A stretch of 20,531 nucleotides of DNA, taken from positions 1 through 20,531 of the forward strand of contig JBFXGD010000055.1 in the NCBI GenBank assembly GCA_050178385.1, in the 5' to 3' direction. This DNA is from Calditrichaceae bacterium. Its GTDB lineage: Bacteria > Calditrichota > Calditrichia > Calditrichales > JBFXGD01. A program made the translations under genes and the position numbers. The notes beneath the pieces were generated by a model. It was not told where the DNA came from. It saw nothing but the letters and a program-made list of their open reading frames with translations, and did not search any database. Positions 16,057 to 20,531 of this stretch are shown piece after piece. The stretch's first letter is position 1. Every line of letters begins with the position of its first letter.

Positions 16057-16148
16057 GGGAGTAGATGAGGCCCGGTGGCTTCCCCAGTCTTCAAAACTGC
16101 GTGTTCCGCCTGATGGCGGAGGGTGGGTTCGACTCCCATGTACTCCCG
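16057..16148 (+). tRNA. selC: tRNA-Sec (anticodon UCA)
   Basis: Acceptor GGGAGTA/TACTCCC plus an extra G.G position, extended D-stem with a small loop, anticodon arm CAGT-CTTCAAA-ACTG, long variable arm TCCGCC-TGAT-GGCGGA, T-arm GTGGG-TTCGACT-CCCAT, discriminator G. CCA not encoded. Confidence 0.93.
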
Positions 16149-16190
16149 CAATTTTTTTTGATTTTTTTTTAATTTGTACATGTAGTAGTA

Positions 16191-16220
16191 TTGACTTGAA
16201 TTATTTTTTGTTTGTATATT
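16191..16220 (+). promoter_or_regulatory. Putative sigma70 promoter for tRNA-Tyr
   Basis: TTGACT(16191-16196)-N18-TATATT(16215-16220), preceded by T-tracts that could act as an UP element. Confidence 0.55.
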
Positions 16221-16238
16221 GTTTACTCGTTACGAAAC

Positions 16239-16321
16239 GGGGAGGTTGCGGAGCGGTCAAACGCAACAGACTGTAAATCTGTCGGCTGAAGCCTTCGGAG
16301 GTTCGAATCCTCCCCTCCCCA
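16239..16321 (+). tRNA. tRNA-Tyr (anticodon GUA)
   Basis: Acceptor GGGGAGG/CCTCCCC, anticodon arm ACAGA-CTGTAAA-TCTGT, variable arm GGC-TGAA-GCC, T-arm GGAGG-TTCGAAT-CCTCC, discriminator A. CCA not encoded. Confidence 0.96.
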
Positions 16322-16324
16322 CGC

Positions 16325-16353
16325 AACCCCTTGGGAAATCCCCGGGGGTTTTT
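16325..16353 (+). terminator. Intrinsic terminator after tRNA-Tyr
   Basis: GC-rich hairpin CCCTTGGG-AAATC-CCCGGGGG followed by TTTTT. Confidence 0.75.
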
Positions 16354-16385
16354 GATTTTTATGGCAGTTCTCTGAAAAAATAGTA

Positions 16386-16414
16386 TTGATTTTATTGATC
16401 TTAACTATTATATT
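16386..16414 (+). promoter_or_regulatory. Putative sigma70 promoter for tRNA-Val (and probably the thrS operon)
   Basis: TTGATT(16386-16391)-N17-TATATT(16409-16414). Confidence 0.55.
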
Positions 16415-16437
16415 TGTAGACTTTGAAAGCGTAACAG

Positions 16438-16511
16438 GGGACGATAGCTCAGTTGGTTAGAGCGCTACGTTGACATCGTAGAGGTCATGAGTTCGAATCT
16501 CTTTCGTCCCA
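16438..16511 (+). tRNA. tRNA-Val (anticodon GAC)
   Basis: Acceptor GGGACGA/TCGTCCC, D-arm GCTC-AGTTGGTTA-GAGC, anticodon arm CTACG-TTGACAT-CGTAG, T-loop TTCGAAT, discriminator A. CCA not encoded. Confidence 0.95.
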
Positions 16512-16517
16512 CAATAG

Positions 16518-16549
16518 ACCACGAGGCGCCTCTTCTCGTGGTTTGTTTT
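16518..16549 (+). terminator. Terminator-like hairpin after tRNA-Val
   Basis: ACCACGAG(16518-16525)/CTCGTGGT(16535-16542) 8-bp stem followed by an interrupted T-tract, TTGTTTT. Confidence 0.65.
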
Positions 16550-16594
16550 ATTTGGATATTATAAGTTTGCCAAATTAAATGAGGATGACATTCT

Positions 16595-18505
16595 TTGGAA
16601 CAGATAAAGATTCAGTTCCCTGACAATTCTGTGCAGGTCATTGAGAAGGGCGTGTCTGCACTGGAAATTGCAAAAGGGATAAGCAATTCATTAGCCAAAA
16701 AAGCCGTTGCGGCGAAGCTGAATGGCAAAATTATATCTCTGGCTGACCCGATCATTGAATCGGGTGAACTTCAAATATTGACTTTTCAGGATGATGAAGG
16801 AAGAGATGTCTTCTGGCATTCATCGGCTCACCTAATGGCACAGGCCATAAAACGTATATTTCCCCAGGCGCAGCTCGGCATCGGCCCCCCGGTATCTGAT
16901 GGATTCTACTATGATATTGATTTAGAGAGACCTATTACTCCTGATGATTTCGAATCAATCGAAAGCGAGATGGAGAAAATAGTCGAGAAAGATTATAAAG
17001 TTGTTCGCGCTGTACTGACCGCGTCGGAGGCTGTTGAGTTTTTTAAAAACAAGAACGAATTATTGAAAATTGATCTTCTGCGGGAATTAGACGGCGAAAT
17101 TACGGCTTACAGTCAGGGTGAATTTACTGATCTTTGTCGTGGTCCGCATATACCTTCAACCAGTTTTCTTGGAAAGAATTTTAAACTTCTATCGGTTGCA
17201 GGCGCATACTGGAAGGGCGATGAGCATAATAAGATGCTTCAGCGTATTTATGCGACCAATTATCCTGATAAAAAACAACTAAAAGAGCACTTGTTCCGGA
17301 TTGAAGAAGCCAAAAAGCGTGATCACAGAAAACTTGGCCGCGAATTGGATCTTTTCAGTGTACAGGATGAGGTCGGAAGCGGATTGATTCTTTGGCATCC
17401 CAAGGGTTCTGTCATACGTCATCTGATTGAAAGCTACTGGAAGGACGAACATTTCAGCAATGGTTATGAGCTGGTTTATTCGCCGCATATCGCAAAACTA
17501 AATCTCTGGGAAACCAGCGGTCATACAGGTTTCTACGCGGAAAACATGTTTCGTCCCATGTCGGTTGATGAAGTTGATTATCAGCTAAAACCGATGAATT
17601 GTCCTTTTCATATGATGATTTACAAAACAAAAATCCGCAGCTATCGTGATTTACCCATCCGGTACGCCGAGTTGGGAACGGTTTACCGCTATGAACGATC
17701 AGGTGTACTGCATGGATTGATGCGGGTGAGAGGATTTACACAGGATGATGCTCATATTTACTGTCATCCCAACCAGCTTACTGACGAAATTTTGAGTGTT
17801 TTGGACTTAACGATAAAAATGCTGGGGAAATTCGGATTCAATGAATATGATGTTTATCTCTCCACCAGACCGGAGAAGTTCGTTGGCAGCGAGGAGAACT
17901 GGGAACACGCGACCGACGCGCTTCAAAAAGCTCTTGATCTTAAAAAAATGAAATATTCCGTTGATCCCGGTGAAGGTGTGTTCTACGGACCAAAAATAGA
18001 TATCAAAATCAAAGATGTTCTGGGGCGTTCATGGCAGTGCTCGACCATACAGGTGGATTTCAATCTGCCGGAAAGATTCGATTTGAATTTTGTTGACGCG
18101 GATGGAATTTCCTACAGACCCATTACAATTCACCGTGCTCTTCTGGGATCTTTGGAGCGTTTCTTTGGGATTCTGATAGAACAATATGCCGGAAATTTTC
18201 CACTATGGCTGTCACCTGTCCAGGTGCAATTGATACCTATCGCGGACCGCCATCTTGAGTTTACCCGTGAAATTAAAAAAACGATGCAGTCCGGGAAGAT
18301 TCGGGTTGAAATGGATTCACGCAATGAAAAAATCGGGTATAAAATCCGGGAAGCCGAAGTAAATAAAATCCCTTATATGATCATAATAGGGGACAAAGAG
18401 CTTGATTCCGGAATGATTTCTGTGCGTCACAAAGGAGACGGAGATCTTGGACAAATGTCTGTTTCAGATTTTATCGAAATAGTGGCGCGGGAAATAGCTA
18501 ATTAA
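16595..18505 (+). CDS. thrS: Threonine--tRNA ligase
   Basis: TGS N-terminus, 'HSSAHLMAQA', 'DLCRGPH', 'RDHRKLG', 'KPMNCP', 'YRYERSG', 'RVRGFTQDDAH', 'FYGPKID', 'HRALLGSLERF'. TTG start after GAGGA. Confidence 0.98.
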   Translation: MEQIKIQFPDNSVQVIEKGVSALEIAKGISNSLAKKAVAAKLNGKIISLADPIIESGELQILTFQDDEGRDVFWHSSAHLMAQAIKRIFPQAQLGIGPPVSDGFYYDIDLERPITPDDFESIESEMEKIVEKDYKVVRAVLTASEAVEFFKNKNELLKIDLLRELDGEITAYSQGEFTDLCRGPHIPSTSFLGKNFKLLSVAGAYWKGDEHNKMLQRIYATNYPDKKQLKEHLFRIEEAKKRDHRKLGRELDLFSVQDEVGSGLILWHPKGSVIRHLIESYWKDEHFSNGYELVYSPHIAKLNLWETSGHTGFYAENMFRPMSVDEVDYQLKPMNCPFHMMIYKTKIRSYRDLPIRYAELGTVYRYERSGVLHGLMRVRGFTQDDAHIYCHPNQLTDEILSVLDLTIKMLGKFGFNEYDVYLSTRPEKFVGSEENWEHATDALQKALDLKKMKYSVDPGEGVFYGPKIDIKIKDVLGRSWQCSTIQVDFNLPERFDLNFVDADGISYRPITIHRALLGSLERFFGILIEQYAGNFPLWLSPVQVQLIPIADRHLEFTREIKKTMQSGKIRVEMDSRNEKIGYKIREAEVNKIPYMIIIGDKELDSGMISVRHKGDGDLGQMSVSDFIEIVAREIAN

Positions 18506-18538
18506 GAGCGAAGTTTTAAAAATATAAGGAGACAAAAA

Positions 18539-19048
18539 ATCGCACAAGCAAAAGTAAAAACCAATCAGGAAATTCAAGCGCCGGAAGTACGCTTAATTGA
18601 AAGTGACGGACAGCAGGCGGGCATTGTAGAAATTAAAAAAGCTCAGGAAATGGCTTTGGAACAGGGACTCGATCTGGTTGAAATAGCGCCGACGGCAAAA
18701 CCTCCTGTTTGTAAAATAATGGATTTTGGGAAATATATTTACGAACAGAGTAAAAAGGAAAAAATCAACAAAAAGAAACAACATACTGTGGTTGTTAAAG
18801 AAATTCGTATGCGTCCAAAAACAGATGTCCATGATTTGGATTTTAAAGTGAAACATGCTCGTGCGTTTTTAGAACAAAAACATAAAGTTAAATTTACCGT
18901 TCAGTTTCGTGGGCGTGAGCTGGCATATAAGGAATTCGGCGAACAATTGTTGGATCGTATTCTTGAAATGTTAAGCGATGTAGCGAAGATTGAAGGCCCG
19001 AGAAAATTTGAAGGCCGCAATATGACCATGATTTTGACACAAAAATAG
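18539..19048 (+). CDS. infC: Translation initiation factor IF-3, non-canonical ATC start
   Basis: The frame is open 37 codons upstream of the track ATG (18650) and encodes the IF3-N motif 'NQEIQAPEVRLIESDGQQAGIV'. AAGGAG(18526-18531) lies 7 nt before ATC(18539). Downstream motifs 'LDLVEIAP.AKPPVCKIMDFGK', 'KEIRMRP', 'FRGRE'. Confidence 0.93.
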   Translation: MAQAKVKTNQEIQAPEVRLIESDGQQAGIVEIKKAQEMALEQGLDLVEIAPTAKPPVCKIMDFGKYIYEQSKKEKINKKKQHTVVVKEIRMRPKTDVHDLDFKVKHARAFLEQKHKVKFTVQFRGRELAYKEFGEQLLDRILEMLSDVAKIEGPRKFEGRNMTMILTQK

Positions 19049-19063
19049 AAAGGATGAAGATAT

Positions 19064-19258
19064 ATGCCTAAGATGAAATCAAACCGAGGCGCAGCGAAAC
19101 GCTTCAAGGTCACTGCGAGTGGCAAAATAAAACGGCATTCTGCCTATCACAGCCATATTTTGACAAAAAAATCGACCAAAAGAAAAAGAAATTTAAGAAA
19201 AGAAAGCCTGGTTTCAGGAGCTGACTCACCAAGAGTTCATAAGATGATTTTGAAATAA
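19064..19258 (+). CDS. rpmI: 50S ribosomal protein L35
   Basis: '[24 protein letters not shown]...SHILTKK'. Canonical infC-rpmI-rplT order. Confidence 0.97.
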   Translation: MPKMKSNRGAAKRFKVTASGKIKRHSAYHSHILTKKSTKRKRNLRKESLVSGADSPRVHKMILK

Positions 19259-19284
19259 ATTGAAAGTAGATAGGAGATTATAAA

Positions 19285-19632
19285 ATGCCACGTGCAACGA
19301 ACAATGTCGCGGCCCGACAGAGAAGAAAAAAAGTTTTAAAAGCGGCAAAAGGATACAGGCTGGGTAAAAGCCGCTTGTATGCTACAGCGAAAGATCAGGT
19401 TGAAAAAAGCTGGTCCTACGCCTACCGGGATCGCCGTGTAAATAAAAGAAATTTTCGTAAATTATGGATAACAAGAATTAACGCAGCCTGCCGGCTTTAT
19501 GGTGTTTCTTACTCCGTTTTTATGGATAAACTTAAAAAAGCGGATATTGAACTGAATCGTAAAGCGCTTGCCGATATGGCGGTTAGAAATCCCGGCGATT
19601 TTGAACAACTGGTTAAACAGGTTACAGCATAA
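19285..19632 (+). CDS. rplT: 50S ribosomal protein L20
   Basis: 'KVLKAAKGY', '[22 protein letters not shown]', 'LNRKALAD'. AGGAG RBS. Confidence 0.97.
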   Translation: MPRATNNVAARQRRKKVLKAAKGYRLGKSRLYATAKDQVEKSWSYAYRDRRVNKRNFRKLWITRINAACRLYGVSYSVFMDKLKKADIELNRKALADMAVRNPGDFEQLVKQVTA

Positions 19633-19664
19633 TTAAATAATGCTTTTACTTGTTCAGAAGCTTT

Positions 19665-19700
19665 AAAGGAGGTGTTTTAACTTCAGCACTTCCTTTTTTT
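19665..19700 (+). terminator. Intrinsic terminator after rplT
   Basis: AAAGGAGGTGT...GCACTTCCTTT stem followed by a T run (7 T in total). Confidence 0.75.
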
Positions 19701-19727
19701 GTATGTGTATAAGCGTATAGGTCGAAA

Positions 19728-20531
19728 ATGTTGAAAAAAATTGAACTAATTACACTTGAATTTGAAAAAGAAGCGGCAAGTGTTGATAATCCTGAAGCGC
19801 TTGAAAGTCTACGCGTAAAATTTCTTGGCAGAAAAGGTCTGGTCAGCGAGGCCTTTATGCTGCTTGCCGGCGCTTCAAAAGAAGAAAAACCAGCTCTTGG
19901 GCAGGCTTTGAACAAAATGAAAATGTCCTTTGATGCCCGATATAATGAACTGGCAAAAAAATTTGAGAAGAAAAAATCCGGAGCCGGAAGCATAGATCTG
20001 ACTCTGCCGGGAAGAAGGCAGTTCACGGGAAGAAAGCATCCGCTGATTCAGGTTGAGGATGAAGTAAAATCAATATTCAGGAGCCTTGGGTTTACGATTG
20101 AAGACGGACCTGAAGTCGAGACGGATTACTACAATTTCGAAGCGCTAAATATACCCAAATCACATCCGGCGAGAAACATGCAGGATACTCTGTATATAAG
20201 CGAAGAAATAGTGCTGAGAACTCATACATCACCGGTTCAGATCCGTGTGATGGAAAAAAAGAAGCCGCCGATAAGGATGATCGCCCCGGGTAGAGTTTAT
20301 CGACGTGATACACCGGATGCGAGCCACTCCCCGTTTTTTCATCAGGTTGAAGGACTTGTCGTCGGGGAAAATGTAACTTTTGCGGATTTAAAAGGTATAA
20401 TACAGGCATTCGCGCATCGAATGTTTGGAGAAGATATAAAAGTTCGGTTCCGTCCGAGTTTTTTTCCATTCACGGAACCAAGCGCGGAATATGATTTTAA
20501 CTGCGTTTTTTGTCGCGGCAAGGGATGTCGT
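19728..20531 (+). CDS. pheS: Phenylalanine--tRNA ligase alpha subunit, 3'-partial
   Basis: Not in the ORF track because it has no stop in the window. Hand translation: MLKKIELITLEF...LRVKFLGRKG, 'IDLTLPG', 'HPL', 'NFEALNIPKSHPARNMQDT', 'LRTHTSPVQ', 'PGRVYRRD..DASHSPFFHQVEG', 'RFRPSFFPFTEPSAE'. Confidence 0.96.
   Translation, partial: MLKKIELITLEFEKEAASVDNPEALESLRVKFLGRKGLVSEAFMLLAGASKEEKPALGQALNKMKMSFDARYNELAKKFEKKKSGAGSIDLTLPGRRQFTGRKHPLIQVEDEVKSIFRSLGFTIEDGPEVETDYYNFEALNIPKSHPARNMQDTLYISEEIVLRTHTSPVQIRVMEKKKPPIRMIAPGRVYRRDTPDASHSPFFHQVEGLVVGENVTFADLKGIIQAFAHRMFGEDIKVRFRPSFFPFTEPSAEYDFNCVFCRGKGCR

Noticed and set aside
16022..16276. 84-aa ORF in the track
   Set aside because: It overlaps tRNA-Sec, tRNA-Tyr and poly-T tracts, so it is spurious.
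16550..16575. tRNA-Thr-mimic operator or T-box upstream of thrS
   Set aside because: Only a weak ATTTGG/CCAAAT stem, with no clean anticodon-like loop and no T-box consensus. The leader is too short.
599..20469. Antisense and alternate-frame ORFs inside conserved genes (e.g. 4969-5409, 7260-7973, 8715-9143, 11900-12388, 19646-20026, 20092-20469)
   Set aside because: They are shadow frames of well-conserved genes, with no recognisable motifs or RBS.
1..20531. CRISPR arrays, IS elements, integrases, prophage or defence genes
   Set aside because: No regularly spaced repeats, terminal inverted repeats or such ORFs. Nearly all sequence is accounted for by core genes and short spacers.

Overview
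AT-rich bacterial chromosomal window that is almost entirely core housekeeping genes. Gene order and protein style suggest an FCB-group or Calditrichota-like lineage (inference only). Order: partial secreted TPR-like protein and rqcH/NFACT on the minus strand; divergent yicC-gmk-coaBC*-udg4-dnaB-rel-greA; a two-gene PspC/LiaF-type envelope-stress module; aroA-aroE; a convergent LonC-type protease; tRNA-Sec, tRNA-Tyr and tRNA-Val; thrS-infC-rpmI-rplT-pheS (partial). I found no mobile element, CRISPR array, defence system or clearly new multi-gene system. The most interesting signals: (1) CoaBC with an intact ligase half but an apparently dead decarboxylase half, and no rpoZ at its usual position; (2) a textbook ECF-sigma promoter in front of a tandem-PspC plus LiaF-like module lacking pspA; (3) RqcH with altered tRNA-anticodon-reading motifs; (4) an orphan tRNA-Sec whose promoter is covered by alternative inverted repeats; (5) an AUC start for infC that the ORF track missed.
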